Shown here in pieces: positions 9,822 to 21,127 of a stretch of 64,000 bases of DNA; within the stretch, counting starts at the first letter, position 1; every line of letters starts with the position of its first letter. Location: contig JABHCP010000005.1 in NCBI GenBank assembly GCA_018673485.1, positions 102 through 64,101 on the forward strand, given 5' to 3'. The notes under the pieces were generated by a model. The model had not been told where the DNA came from, ran no database searches, and saw nothing but the letters and a program-made list of their open reading frames with translations. The stretch comes from Candidatus Uhrbacteria bacterium (GTDB taxonomy: Bacteria > Patescibacteriota > Patescibacteriia > UBA9934). The translations under genes and the position numbers were made by a program.

Positions 9822-12800
9822 ATGGCGTCTATGGTTACATGCGGGATATACAAAAATGATAGACTTACTCTATCTCTAATCGTGATAATAATTGCGCTTG
9901 GGATTTTTTCTTTCCAATCTAAAGTAGCGAATGCTGCACCCTATGATTGTTCGGCAGACGCAAACTGTGTCGCCCAATACAATTTTGAATCGGGCGCACT
10001 CACTACAGACTCAGAGGGCACTAATACACTGACTTCTAATGGGTCTCCAGACGAAGATGCGCTAAATTATAGACAGGGATCAGGGTCTGTTGATTTGAGT
10101 AGAACTCCAGGTGATTGGTATTCTGTATCAGATGCAAGCTTAGACGCCGATTTTCCAGGGAAGGTAGTGTCAAGTATGTCTTCATGTTTTTGGGTAAGGC
10201 CAGAAGAGGCATCTCCGGATGGAAATCGTTACATCATGTCTAAATTTGCTGCCACTCCCAGCCCTTTCATAGTTCAATATACAACTGCCAGAAAGATCAA
10301 AGTTTTTATAGGTGCATCAACTAGTACGCTCGAGCATGCAACAGCGCTTACTGTAAACCAGTGGTATCACGTTTGTTTTTCCTATGACAACGCTGATGAT
10401 TCTGGAAGGATACACATATACGATGACACAGGCGCGGCTACATTGGGGTCAGATGCGACAGGAACTTTCAGTTCAAGTATGACTACCGATGCAACAGACA
10501 ATTTTGTAATTGGGTCGAACTCTGCTGGGGCGGTCAATAATAGATTTGAGGGTAATATTGATGAAATGTTGATTTTTAAGGACGTTCTTTCTACTGGCGA
10601 GATGGATACTATTCGAGCTGGGGCAACACCAAACCCCGATGTTGTTATTGTTTCAACGCCAGTACAATATAAAACGTTTCAAAGAACAACGGATACTACG
10701 GGGCCGATTGCAATCACTGGACAATACGCTGGAAGTCCTACGGCTATCGAGTGTAGTTTTGATAGTGGTGCATATGCCACAGTCGATGCCACGCCAAGCT
10801 CAGGGTCCTGGAGTGGAACGCTGACTGGTTCTGTTGGTGATGGATCGCTTCAGTGTCGATTCACGAATGATACAGATGTGAATGTGACCATATCGGACGT
10901 ACGTATGGGAGATGTCTATATGGTGATTGGACAAAGTAACGCTCATGGTAGGGGGGACAATGATCAGTCTTATACTGGGTCAAACCATGGAGCATCACAG
11001 TTTGATACTTCAGACAACTGGGAGGCACTTGGTGATAGTAATGATTTTCTTTCAGCACTCTATGGTTCTGTATGGCCACTTTTAGGAACGTTGCTCAATG
11101 ATAATGACAACATTCCTGTGGCATTTATTGGATATGCTTCTGGCGGTACAGGTTTTACTGGGAATGATTGGAATCAAGGTGATTCGGCATACAATGCGGC
11201 CGTTAATCAATTTAATGATAGTGGAGTGAATGATATTAAAGCTTTCTTGTGGTATCAAGGTGAGAATGATGCGTCGTTAGGGATGAGTGCAAGCGCTTAT
11301 GAAACAGCTCTCAGTGCAATGCTCAATGATTTGCAAAGTGACCTTTCGACTAGTGCACCATTGGTAGCAGCGCTCATAGGTGAACATAATACTGCCACGG
11401 ATTCTGAGATAGATGCCATTCGCACAGGGTTGATTAATGCATGGACCAATGATGCAGATATTTACGCGGGGCCTACAGCTCATGATCAAGAATTCACAGA
11501 CGATGTTCATTGGACGTCAGATGCCGAGATAACAATATTGGCACAACGTTGGTATCGGGTGCTAAGTTCACATTTTTATTCAGGCAGTGAGGCTGTTCGT
11601 GGACCAATATTTTCTTCTGCAGAGCGAATCGCTGTGCAATTGATTAATATTGTTTTCTCTGGCGGAGAGGGGAGCTTGAATGACGAAACAGATACAGAGG
11701 GTTGGGTTATAAAAGATGGCGGTACCCCAGTTTCTCTCGATAGCGTGACCCGCCTTGATGCCACTACAGTGCAGATTGACACAAGTGCGAACATGATAGG
11801 AGTAGTTACAGTGGATTATTTATCAGGAGATAGAGATGCTGATGCTGCTTGGCGTGATAGTGGAACATATCCTTTACCTCCTGAGCCAGTATTAGCTCAG
11901 ACCGTTTCTACACCACCATTGGCACTAACGTTTTCACCAGCAGACAATGTAACTGGCGCAGATCCCAATGCCAACTTAGTGATAACTTTTTCTGAAAGCG
12001 TTACACCGCAAGCTGGCGCGTCTAATGACATTATCATTAAAAGGACTAGTGATGATACAACGGTGGAGACAATTGATGCCCAAAGCGTGAGTGTGACCGG
12101 TGGTGGTACATCGTCAATTACTATTAATCCTGCAACCCTGCTCTACAATACAGAATATTATGTGCAGGTCGGGGCTGATGCATTTGATGCAGGTGATGGT
12201 GATAGTTACGCTGGAGTTTCAGATACTACAAGTTGGGGCTTTACTATATTTGGTTCAAGTCAAAGTACGAGCTCATCATCCTCTACTTCCTCATCGGATT
12301 ATTCAATTAGTGTTGAGTTACCGAATGGGGGCGAGGTTTTAGAGGGCGGAGAAAACTATGATATATCTTGGAGCACTGACGGAACAGGTAGTTCGCAGGT
12401 AAGCTTTGTAAATCTGTACTACTCTTTGGACGCTGGAGAAACATATATTTCTATAGCAACGAATATTATAAATAGTGGTAGCTACGCATGGGATGCGCCT
12501 TTCATTGAAGGCGCAGAAGTTGTGGTGAAGGTTGAAGGAACAGATCTGGCGATCACTTTGGCGTCAGATACCTCTGATGCGGTGTTCGCCATTGAAACCG
12601 AAGTGGGAGTCAGCCAAGTGATTGATAGTAGCCCGGAGATTGGTGTTTCCCCAGTCACCGGAGAGCCCCAAGAGATTGATATAGTGACAAGCGGTGATTA
12701 TATTAGTGGAGAGTCGTTCGACACTGTTTATTATATCGATGATGAAATGGAGCGCAGACCGTTTTCAAGCGCAACTGTATACTTCACTTGGATGGAGTCA

Positions 12801-13118
12801 TTTGAGGGCATTGAGACGGTCACAGACGCGACTTTAGCCTCTCTTGATCTTGGATTGCCAATGCTCCCTAAAGCTGAGGTAGTAATGGTTAAAATTCAGT
12901 CAGATCCCAAAGTTTATGCGATTGAGGGTGATAATACATTAAGATGGGTTGCAAGCGAGGCGGTAGCGTCCGAGCTTTATGGAACAAATTGGTCAGATTA
13001 TATAATCGATATTGAACCAACTTTTATTGCACGATTTGAAAAGGGTGAGGATATATTGTCTGCCGACGATTACAGTCTCGATATCTCAAAAGCAAAGCAA
13101 CGGAAGGATCTACAATAG
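9822..13118 (+). CDS. Large secreted/surface protein: LamG-like, sialate O-acetylesterase (SGNH), Ig-like domains and C-terminal CPR-type surface domain
   Basis: Signal peptide; WYHV and FEGNIDE (LamG); GQSNA, WYQGEND and DDVH (SASA/CE6); PNGGE motif. Confidence 0.8.
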   Translation: MASMVTCGIYKNDRLTLSLIVIIIALGIFSFQSKVANAAPYDCSADANCVAQYNFESGALTTDSEGTNTLTSNGSPDEDALNYRQGSGSVDLSRTPGDWYSVSDASLDADFPGKVVSSMSSCFWVRPEEASPDGNRYIMSKFAATPSPFIVQYTTARKIKVFIGASTSTLEHATALTVNQWYHVCFSYDNADDSGRIHIYDDTGAATLGSDATGTFSSSMTTDATDNFVIGSNSAGAVNNRFEGNIDEMLIFKDVLSTGEMDTIRAGATPNPDVVIVSTPVQYKTFQRTTDTTGPIAITGQYAGSPTAIECSFDSGAYATVDATPSSGSWSGTLTGSVGDGSLQCRFTNDTDVNVTISDVRMGDVYMVIGQSNAHGRGDNDQSYTGSNHGASQFDTSDNWEALGDSNDFLSALYGSVWPLLGTLLNDNDNIPVAFIGYASGGTGFTGNDWNQGDSAYNAAVNQFNDSGVNDIKAFLWYQGENDASLGMSASAYETALSAMLNDLQSDLSTSAPLVAALIGEHNTATDSEIDAIRTGLINAWTNDADIYAGPTAHDQEFTDDVHWTSDAEITILAQRWYRVLSSHFYSGSEAVRGPIFSSAERIAVQLINIVFSGGEGSLNDETDTEGWVIKDGGTPVSLDSVTRLDATTVQIDTSANMIGVVTVDYLSGDRDADAAWRDSGTYPLPPEPVLAQTVSTPPLALTFSPADNVTGADPNANLVITFSESVTPQAGASNDIIIKRTSDDTTVETIDAQSVSVTGGGTSSITINPATLLYNTEYYVQVGADAFDAGDGDSYAGVSDTTSWGFTIFGSSQSTSSSSSTSSSDYSISVELPNGGEVLEGGENYDISWSTDGTGSSQVSFVNLYYSLDAGETYISIATNIINSGSYAWDAPFIEGAEVVVKVEGTDLAITLASDTSDAVFAIETEVGVSQVIDSSPEIGVSPVTGEPQEIDIVTSGDYISGESFDTVYYIDDEMERRPFSSATVYFTWMESFEGIETVTDATLASLDLGLPMLPKAEVVMVKIQSDPKVYAIEGDNTLRWVASEAVASELYGTNWSDYIIDIEPTFIARFEKGEDILSADDYSLDISKAKQRKDLQ

Positions 13119-13156
13119 TTCAAAACAAAAAAGAATCTGCAAAGCAGGTTCTTTTT

Positions 13157-13231
13157 TGGTGCCGGAGGAGGGAATTGAACCCCCGACGCAGGGCTCTTCA
13201 GGCCCTCGCTCTACCACTGAGCTACTCCGGC
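13157..13231 (-). tRNA. tRNA-Phe(GAA)
   Basis: Cloverleaf, anticodon loop CTGAAGA, CCA end. Confidence 0.96.
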
Positions 13232-13315
13232 GTCATTTCTGATATTATAACCCTTCATTGTAAAACATTGAAGAGTAGTGGTTCCACCACCAATTTGTAT
13301 TGATGAGGAAGCCTC

Positions 13316-13392
13316 TGGTGGGTGTGGGAGGACTCGAACCTCCGACTTCAGTCTTATCAGGACTGCGCTCTAACCACCTGAGCTACACACCC
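13316..13392 (-). tRNA. tRNA-Ile(GAT)
   Basis: Cloverleaf, anticodon loop CTGATAA, CCA end. Confidence 0.96.
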
Positions 13393-13500
13393 GTTATGTA
13401 TATCAAAAGCGCGATAATCATACGTAAATTTTGACGTTTAGTCAAGGGATATTAGACCCTTGCTATATGTAGAAAAATTTGGTATATTTCTCACGCAAAA

Positions 13501-13577
13501 CGGGGATTAGCTCAGTAGGCTAGAGCGCTTGGTTTGGGACCAAGAGGTCGTGAGTTCGAGTCTCGCATCCCCGACCA
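13501..13577 (+). tRNA. tRNA-Pro(TGG)
   Basis: Cloverleaf, anticodon loop TTTGGGA, CCA end. Confidence 0.96.
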
Positions 13578-13615
13578 TCCATCGTCGCTCCTTCACGGAG
13601 CTATGGCGGACTACG
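13578..13615 (-). repeat. Family C palindromic repeat abutting tRNA-Pro 3' end
   Basis: Minus strand GTCCGCCATAGCTCC...GGAGCGACGATGGA resembles 24453-24485 and 36035-36062. Confidence 0.6.
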
Positions 13616-13712
13616 AAAAATCGCCAGATATATTCTGGTGGTTTTTTGTTGCAATGAGAGTGAATATTTCTTTAGTCATACAGCGCAAAATTTGATAGAC
13701 TTATATATATCT

Positions 13713-16160
13713 ATGATGCCAAAACCAATTGAATTTCACTATAAAAAATATCGTATTTTACCGGATAATAAAACGGTCAAGTTTGATTATCAAATCATAT
13801 TTTCAAATCAGGAGCCACTAGAGTTTACTGAAACCATACGATTGCCAAGGGCCTCAATGAAGCTTTGCTCGAAGGATATGAAGCCCTTCCTTGAAGCGCT
13901 TTTGATAATTTTGGGAATTAGTTATTACAAGCTATATCTTCCTAAGAAAGTGATTTTGCCATTCGAGCTTTCAAAAGAACAGGCTGAGTTTTGGAACACA
14001 GTTTATCGAAAAGGTCTTGGTGAGCTATTATATCGAAACAAGATTGATTCTAAGCAACTGGCAAAGTTTCAGAGTTCTAAGGTTGTGGTCGGACCGGTAT
14101 CGATTGAAACGAAAGACCGGGGGTTGCTTGGAATTGGGGGAGGTAAGGATTCAATCGTGGCGGCTGAGTTGCTAAAGGAAGACGGCTATGATTTCTCTTC
14201 GTTTGTGGTTGAGACGCAACGCAAGGATCTTGTAGTAGAAAAAGTAATGAAGGAAATCGGCAAGCAAAAAATGATCGTTAGGCGAGTGCTTGATCCTAAG
14301 ATCTTTGAAGAGCACGAAGGAAGTTTTGATGGGCACATTCCAATCTCTGCGATCTTTGCATTTATTGGATTGTTAACCTCAGCTGTTTACGGTTATAAAT
14401 ATGTAATGGTTGGGAATGAGCATAGTAGCAATTTTGGCAATATCAAACATAAAGGCGAGATAATTAACCATCAATGGAGCAAGACAGCGGAGTTTGAGAA
14501 TTTGCTTCAGGAATATACTTGCAAATTCATTACAGCAGATATTTCGTATATTTCAGTTCTGCGACAGTTTTATGAGATTCGGATTGCCAAAATGTTTGCG
14601 ACGCAAAAGAAGTATTTTAAGAGTTTTTCAAGTTGTAACCGTAGTTTTAGGGTTCATAAAGAGAGGACGGGTTCATTGTGGTGTGGCGAGTGCGCTAAGT
14701 GTGCATTTACTTTTTTGATTCTATCGCCATTCATGCCTAAAAAAGATTTGGTTGAAATTTTTGGTAAAAATCTTTTAAATGATAAGCGTCTTGAGTTAAT
14801 GTATCGTGATATTCTAGGTTTTGGAAAATTAAAGCCGTTTGATTGTGTTGGAACATTTGAAGAATCGCGCGTTGCTTTCTGGATGTCTGCGAAAAAATAC
14901 AAGAAGGATTTTATTGCAAAGAAGTTTGTGCAAAAGATTAAGGACGCGAAAAAATCTTCTAAAGAAGTATTGAGTACTGTGCAAGCACCTACGTTGCCAA
15001 CTAAGTTTAGATTTTTAGGAATTGAGAATATCTGTATCTTAGGATATGGAAAAGAAGGCAAGGTAACAGAGGCGTATTTGAAAAAGTTTCATCCAAAGCT
15101 CGATATTGGTATTTTAGATCAAGCTCACGATAAAAACTATCTTAAGGGTCAAGGTGAATTCGATCTTGCAGTGAAGACTCCCGGGATTTCAAAAGACAAA
15201 GTTACTATCCCATATGTGACTGCGACAAACTTATTCTTCTCAAAGATTTCAAATTTGACGATTGGAGTGACGGGAAGTAAGGGGAAGAGCACGACTGCGA
15301 GTTTGATTTATCAAATGCTTAAGGCTGATAATCAAAAAGTTCGATTGCTTGGTAATATTGGAAATCCAATGTTGAAGGTTTTGAATGGTAAAATTAATCC
15401 AAAAGAGATCTTTGTTATTGAGCTTTCAAGCTATATGCTTGATGACATTGAACACTCGCCAAATATCGCTGTGCTTTTGAATTTATTTCCAGAGCACATG
15501 GATTATCACGGAGGAGTTGACGCTTATTACGCGTCTAAGAATAGAATTTTTAAATATCAAAAGTTTGGTGATGTTTCAATTAAGTTTCCGTTTAATGAAA
15601 AGATTCCAGTTAAGGATTCTGAGGTCTCTCTTATTGGCGCTCATAATAAAAAGAATATTAAGGCTGCGATTTCAGTTGCACGACTTTTAGGAATATCAAC
15701 TGCATCAATTTCTAATGCAATTAAAGGATTCAAACCTTTGAGCCACCGATTGGAAGTTATTGGGGAGTTTAATCAGATCAGATTTATCGATGACGCAATT
15801 TCAACAACGCCAGAATCAACAATAGAGGCAATGAAGTCTATAAAAAATATCAAAACTATATTTTTAGGTGGGGAAGATCGTGGATATGATTTTAAGGAGC
15901 TTGAAAAACAAATTCGAAAAGCTAAAATTGAGAATATTGTTTTATTCCCAGAGACAGGCCGTCGAATGTTATCTTCAGCTAAGGGTCTAAATGTACTCAA
16001 AACCAAGAGTATGTCAGAGGCTGTGAAGTTTGCTTATCGATTCACGCCAAAGGGTTCTGTTTGTCTGCTTTCGACAGCGTCTCCGAGTTACAGTATTTGG
16101 AAGGATTTTGAGGAGAAGGGAGACTTATTTCAAAAGTTTGTTAAAAAATATGCAAAGTAA
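13713..16160 (+). CDS. murL-murD: Fused MurL (UDP-MurNAc-L-Ala-L-Glu epimerase) and MurD ligase
   Basis: N-half GGGKDS, GHIP, NHQWSK, FSSCN, WCGECAKC, KPFDCVG; C-half GVTGSKGKSTT, GNIG, ELSS, HRLE, LLS.ASPS. Confidence 0.85.
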   Translation: MMPKPIEFHYKKYRILPDNKTVKFDYQIIFSNQEPLEFTETIRLPRASMKLCSKDMKPFLEALLIILGISYYKLYLPKKVILPFELSKEQAEFWNTVYRKGLGELLYRNKIDSKQLAKFQSSKVVVGPVSIETKDRGLLGIGGGKDSIVAAELLKEDGYDFSSFVVETQRKDLVVEKVMKEIGKQKMIVRRVLDPKIFEEHEGSFDGHIPISAIFAFIGLLTSAVYGYKYVMVGNEHSSNFGNIKHKGEIINHQWSKTAEFENLLQEYTCKFITADISYISVLRQFYEIRIAKMFATQKKYFKSFSSCNRSFRVHKERTGSLWCGECAKCAFTFLILSPFMPKKDLVEIFGKNLLNDKRLELMYRDILGFGKLKPFDCVGTFEESRVAFWMSAKKYKKDFIAKKFVQKIKDAKKSSKEVLSTVQAPTLPTKFRFLGIENICILGYGKEGKVTEAYLKKFHPKLDIGILDQAHDKNYLKGQGEFDLAVKTPGISKDKVTIPYVTATNLFFSKISNLTIGVTGSKGKSTTASLIYQMLKADNQKVRLLGNIGNPMLKVLNGKINPKEIFVIELSSYMLDDIEHSPNIAVLLNLFPEHMDYHGGVDAYYASKNRIFKYQKFGDVSIKFPFNEKIPVKDSEVSLIGAHNKKNIKAAISVARLLGISTASISNAIKGFKPLSHRLEVIGEFNQIRFIDDAISTTPESTIEAMKSIKNIKTIFLGGEDRGYDFKELEKQIRKAKIENIVLFPETGRRMLSSAKGLNVLKTKSMSEAVKFAYRFTPKGSVCLLSTASPSYSIWKDFEEKGDLFQKFVKKYAK

Positions 16161-16168
16161 AAAGTAAT

Positions 16169-16651
16169 ATGAAATATTTATCTTTTCTAATTTTAATTCC
16201 AACACTTGTATTGGTTGGTGGGGCATGTCAGGGACCCGATGGTGAGGTGGAGGAAGTTAGTTATGAAGAAGACGTCTATGAGCTCATTGAGGAAGTCGAT
16301 GGTGACAACCTGATCAAAGGAAGTTGCAATATGATCTCCATAGGTAGCAACTGTGTTGATTTTGTCGGCTCTATTTGGACCCAGGACATGATGGAAATGA
16401 GTTGTTCGGGAGATGGGTATGAGTTCTCCAATCTAACATGCCCATACTCAGATTATGGGGGATGTCAGTCCATGCCAAACACAATGAGCGAGAGTATCGC
16501 GTGGGTTTATAGCTATGGCGGCGTAGCATATTCGGCTGAGGATGCAATGTATGCGCAGATGACTTGTGATTCGCTCGGCGTTGCTCAATGGGTCACACCA
16601 GAGAATATGGATGCAATGCGCGCTCAGGTGGCTGAGGAATTAGGTGAGTAG
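16169..16651 (+). CDS. Cys-rich acidic lipoprotein
   Basis: Lipobox LVGGAC; several further Cys. Confidence 0.75.
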   Translation: MKYLSFLILIPTLVLVGGACQGPDGEVEEVSYEEDVYELIEEVDGDNLIKGSCNMISIGSNCVDFVGSIWTQDMMEMSCSGDGYEFSNLTCPYSDYGGCQSMPNTMSESIAWVYSYGGVAYSAEDAMYAQMTCDSLGVAQWVTPENMDAMRAQVAEELGE

Positions 16652-16660
16652 CATCAGTTT

Positions 16661-16700
16661 AAAACAAAACACCTCAGTTATTGCTGACTGAGGTGTTTTT
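16661..16700. terminator. Bidirectional terminator, near-copy of 17844-17883
   Basis: AAAACACCTCAG...CTGAGGTGTTTT. Confidence 0.85.
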
Positions 16701-16704
16701 TCAA

Positions 16705-17814
16705 TTAAAGCCTTTTTCCTCCACCACGCATTTCTTGCTGAGCGTATCCGTCGAGCTCTTGATTGCGTTCCTGCCATTGCTTCATTAGTTCTTTTTGTTC
16801 AGAGAGCCATTCTTGGTAGGCAATTTCGTCTATTTGTTCTTTTTCGATAAATTCAAGTCCTAATTCACGCTTTGCCTCTATTGCAAATTCTTTCATGTCA
16901 CCCTCTAAAAATTCTTCAAACCAACCTGACTCAGCAATGATCCTTCTTTGTTCTTGAGCTGGTATGCTCCACCATGATGACAAAAACTTAAATTCATCCT
17001 CGTCAATCCTAGATTCTGCCCATCCATCTGGAGTCTGAATTCTTTCAAGGTATTCTAGAAGATGGTCGACGTTATCTTCTATCATGTCAGCGTTCGCTAA
17101 TGCTCCACCAAGCCAACTTTCTTGATGGACCATCCCTCGGATCACTTCTGATTCAAAGAAGTACTCAAGGTCTTCAGCAGCAAATATGACAAGATAACCA
17201 AAATCCCGTTCATCTACCACTACTATTTCAGCACTTTGATCTAGCGAGTAGGAGGATTGTGATGCAGACCATTCATTAACAGGCTCAGAATGAATTGTTT
17301 CATCATCTTCATGCGCGCCTTCGTGTATTTCAAGAGAGTATGAAACGACCCGGCCACTATTTTGTCCTAACATTTCTTCAACCGATACAATCTTTACAAA
17401 TGCTTCATTTATTCCAAGAAGATCTAAACCTTGATTTACATCCACATCTCTATAAAAGGCTGAGGCAATATATTCAGGGTCATTAAAGATTTTAACATTC
17501 TCATTATCTAACACTCGTCTTATATTATTTGAACTAAATTCAATGCCATCAATGAAATTTTGAGCTCCTGGAGTGCCGTCAGGTCCGAAGACAAGTTCGC
17601 TCCCAGGTCCATCTCCGGCCGCGATAGCCATTTCCTCTAAAACAGGGCGAATGTATTGCTCACCATGGTCATGAACTTCAATCAAATTTTGAATTTGCTC
17701 TTCTGATGCCTGTTCCATATCGTGCCCACAGCCTGGTGCAAGCAGCAGCGCCGTTGCACCACAAATAAAAGCAGATCGAGCGCTTGGTCCTTTGTTGTCT
17801 GAATGGTTTACCAT
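16705..17814 (-). CDS. Acidic lipoprotein with HExxH motif
   Basis: LLLAPGC lipobox; IHEGAH. Confidence 0.7.
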   Translation of the reverse strand: MVNHSDNKGPSARSAFICGATALLLAPGCGHDMEQASEEQIQNLIEVHDHGEQYIRPVLEEMAIAAGDGPGSELVFGPDGTPGAQNFIDGIEFSSNNIRRVLDNENVKIFNDPEYIASAFYRDVDVNQGLDLLGINEAFVKIVSVEEMLGQNSGRVVSYSLEIHEGAHEDDETIHSEPVNEWSASQSSYSLDQSAEIVVVDERDFGYLVIFAAEDLEYFFESEVIRGMVHQESWLGGALANADMIEDNVDHLLEYLERIQTPDGWAESRIDEDEFKFLSSWWSIPAQEQRRIIAESGWFEEFLEGDMKEFAIEAKRELGLEFIEKEQIDEIAYQEWLSEQKELMKQWQERNQELDGYAQQEMRGGGKRL

Positions 17815-17843
17815 ATAGCAGTATTTTACCTCGATCACGACGG

Positions 17844-17883
17844 AAAACAAAACACCTCAGCCATTTCTGACTGAGGTGTTTTT
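17844..17883 (-). terminator. Terminator downstream of 16S rRNA
   Basis: Hairpin plus T-tract after the 16S trailer. Confidence 0.8.
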
Positions 17884-17992
17884 CTTGTTGCCTTCACGTA
17901 TTGTGAGATTACAACGTCATTCCAAGGTTTGCTTACTATGTAAGCTAGTTGTTTGTCTAAGACGTACAACTATCGACTCTTTCTATCCCTAG

Positions 17993-19482
<1,490 letters not shown>

Positions 19483-19740
19483 AAGTTTCTTGATTTGACA
19501 AGATCTCTGCTGATTTGAATTTATTTGGAATATTTTGATTTCCGAAGAAATCTAGAACTCGAAACTCCGAAGAGCTTCGAGGACGTTGTAATCGCACAAT
19601 TGTGAAGGTTCTGTGCTACTCCTTAGGTAGCGCGAGCATTGTACTAAACCCCTGAAAACCTGTCAAGAGATTCAGGGGTAGAAGGGGTAAAGGGGTAAAA
19701 GTGGTATTTATGGCCTATCTTGGCAGGTTTCATCTACCTC

Positions 19741-19778
19741 CGTCCATCCCGAGCGAGCGAAGCGAGTCGAGGGATCTC
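19741..19778 (+). repeat. Family B palindromic repeat
   Basis: CGTCCATCCCGAGCGAGCGAAGCGAGTCGAGGGATCTC, close match to the copy inside smc. Confidence 0.85.
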
Positions 19779-19852
19779 ATATATAACATTTCAAGTTTTC
19801 TTGGCATGTTCAAGTACCTCTGATAGGCTTTATAATAAGGAGGTGAGATAAA

Positions 19853-20128
19853 ATGACATTCGTACAATTCACTGATCGAATTCGAGGGTTCTGTGGCTAC
19901 TGGTTGCCAGTGATGGTGGTGAGTGGTTTGATCGGAGCCGTCGTCGGTTGTATACCTCAGCATGGTGCATTGACCGGACTTTTGCTCAGTGTGGTGATGG
20001 CGCTTGCAATTATCTGGCGCGTAAACCCGCAGTGCAGTGCTGATTGCAAGATTATAGGAGTGTTCATCTTTTTGACTTCGCCTTGGATATTTCTTGCGTC
20101 TTTGACAGTGGCGTTGAAGCCTTTCTAG
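19853..20128 (+). CDS. Small membrane protein
   Basis: AAGGAGG SD; three hydrophobic segments. Confidence 0.7.
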   Translation: MTFVQFTDRIRGFCGYWLPVMVVSGLIGAVVGCIPQHGALTGLLLSVVMALAIIWRVNPQCSADCKIIGVFIFLTSPWIFLASLTVALKPF

Positions 20129-20269
20129 GCCTGATTGTTATCGTATCCCCGCCGGCTCGTGCTTGCGGGGCTTTCTGCTTTCTTAATTGACTTTCGGGTC
20201 CCTTGTTTGATATTATTTTTAGGCAATGATTTATTTGTTGCACGATTAATAATTGACCGAAAAGACAAT

Positions 20270-20668
20270 ATGTCTAAGGAGTTTGATCAGGAATTTACAG
20301 AGTTCATAGTGAAGGCGATCGTTAACAATCCAGATGACGTTCGAACAGAGCGCACTGTTGATGAGCGAGGAGTGCTTATTACCCTTCACATAAACCCAGA
20401 AGATATGGGGTACGTGGTTGGCCGACAAGGGCAAACTGCTCGCGCAATCCGCACATTGCTCAAAAAGATCGGGGCACGAGAAAACGCACGAGTTAACTTA
20501 AAGATCTATGAACCAGAAGGTTCAAGACAGCAACACCTTGAGCAAAAGGCAGCAGCTGCAGCATCAGCGCCAGCAGCAGCTGAGGAGAGTGCTCCAGAAT
20601 CAGCACCAGCTCCAGTTGTAGAAGAGGAAGAGACAGATACTTCAGTAGTAGACAATCTTACATTCTAA
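20270..20668 (+). CDS. khpA: KH-domain RNA-binding protein KhpA
   Basis: DMGYVVGRQGQTARAIRTLL; near trmD and rpsP. Confidence 0.9.
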   Translation: MSKEFDQEFTEFIVKAIVNNPDDVRTERTVDERGVLITLHINPEDMGYVVGRQGQTARAIRTLLKKIGARENARVNLKIYEPEGSRQQHLEQKAAAAASAPAAAEESAPESAPAPVVEEEETDTSVVDNLTF

Positions 20669-20736
20669 GGAAAAAAACATGGTACGATTTAAGTGCCATG
20701 TTTTTTTGTTTAAGTGTTTAAAATGTTTAAGTGTTT

Positions 20737-21102
20737 ATGAAGTTTAATTACGAACGGATGGATATTACAAGCGATGTACATAAACTTATACGCGAAGTTT
20801 ATCAGCTTTCTTGTATTTTTCCTGATGATGAAAAATTTAATCTTGTATCTCAAGTGAAGCGTGCGTCTACATCCGTACTTTTAAACATTGCAGAGGGTAG
20901 TAGTCGAAGATCGGCCGCAGATTACCGAAGGTTTGTTATAATGGCGATAGGCTCAGCAGTTGAACTAGACGCAGTATTGAAGCTTGCAATTTCAATTGGG
21001 TATTTAACTCAAGATGAATACTTGCGTATCGAGCCAATGATTAAAACTGTATATTTCAAGCTTATTAAATTGCGCAAATCACTCGAAAAGAAAACATTTT
21101 AA
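20737..21102 (+). CDS. Four-helix-bundle protein (23S IVP/S23-like family)
   Basis: FP.DEKFNLVSQ.KRA..S...NIAEG and A.GSA.E motifs; flanked by inverted AT-rich arrays. Confidence 0.9.
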   Translation: MKFNYERMDITSDVHKLIREVYQLSCIFPDDEKFNLVSQVKRASTSVLLNIAEGSSRRSAADYRRFVIMAIGSAVELDAVLKLAISIGYLTQDEYLRIEPMIKTVYFKLIKLRKSLEKKTF

Positions 21103-21127
21103 ACAATTTCAACATTTTAAACTTCAT

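Noticed and set aside
20737-21102. Diversity-generating retroelement (Avd-like gene)
   Set aside because: No reverse transcriptase and no adenine-variable TR/VR pair are seen in the window.
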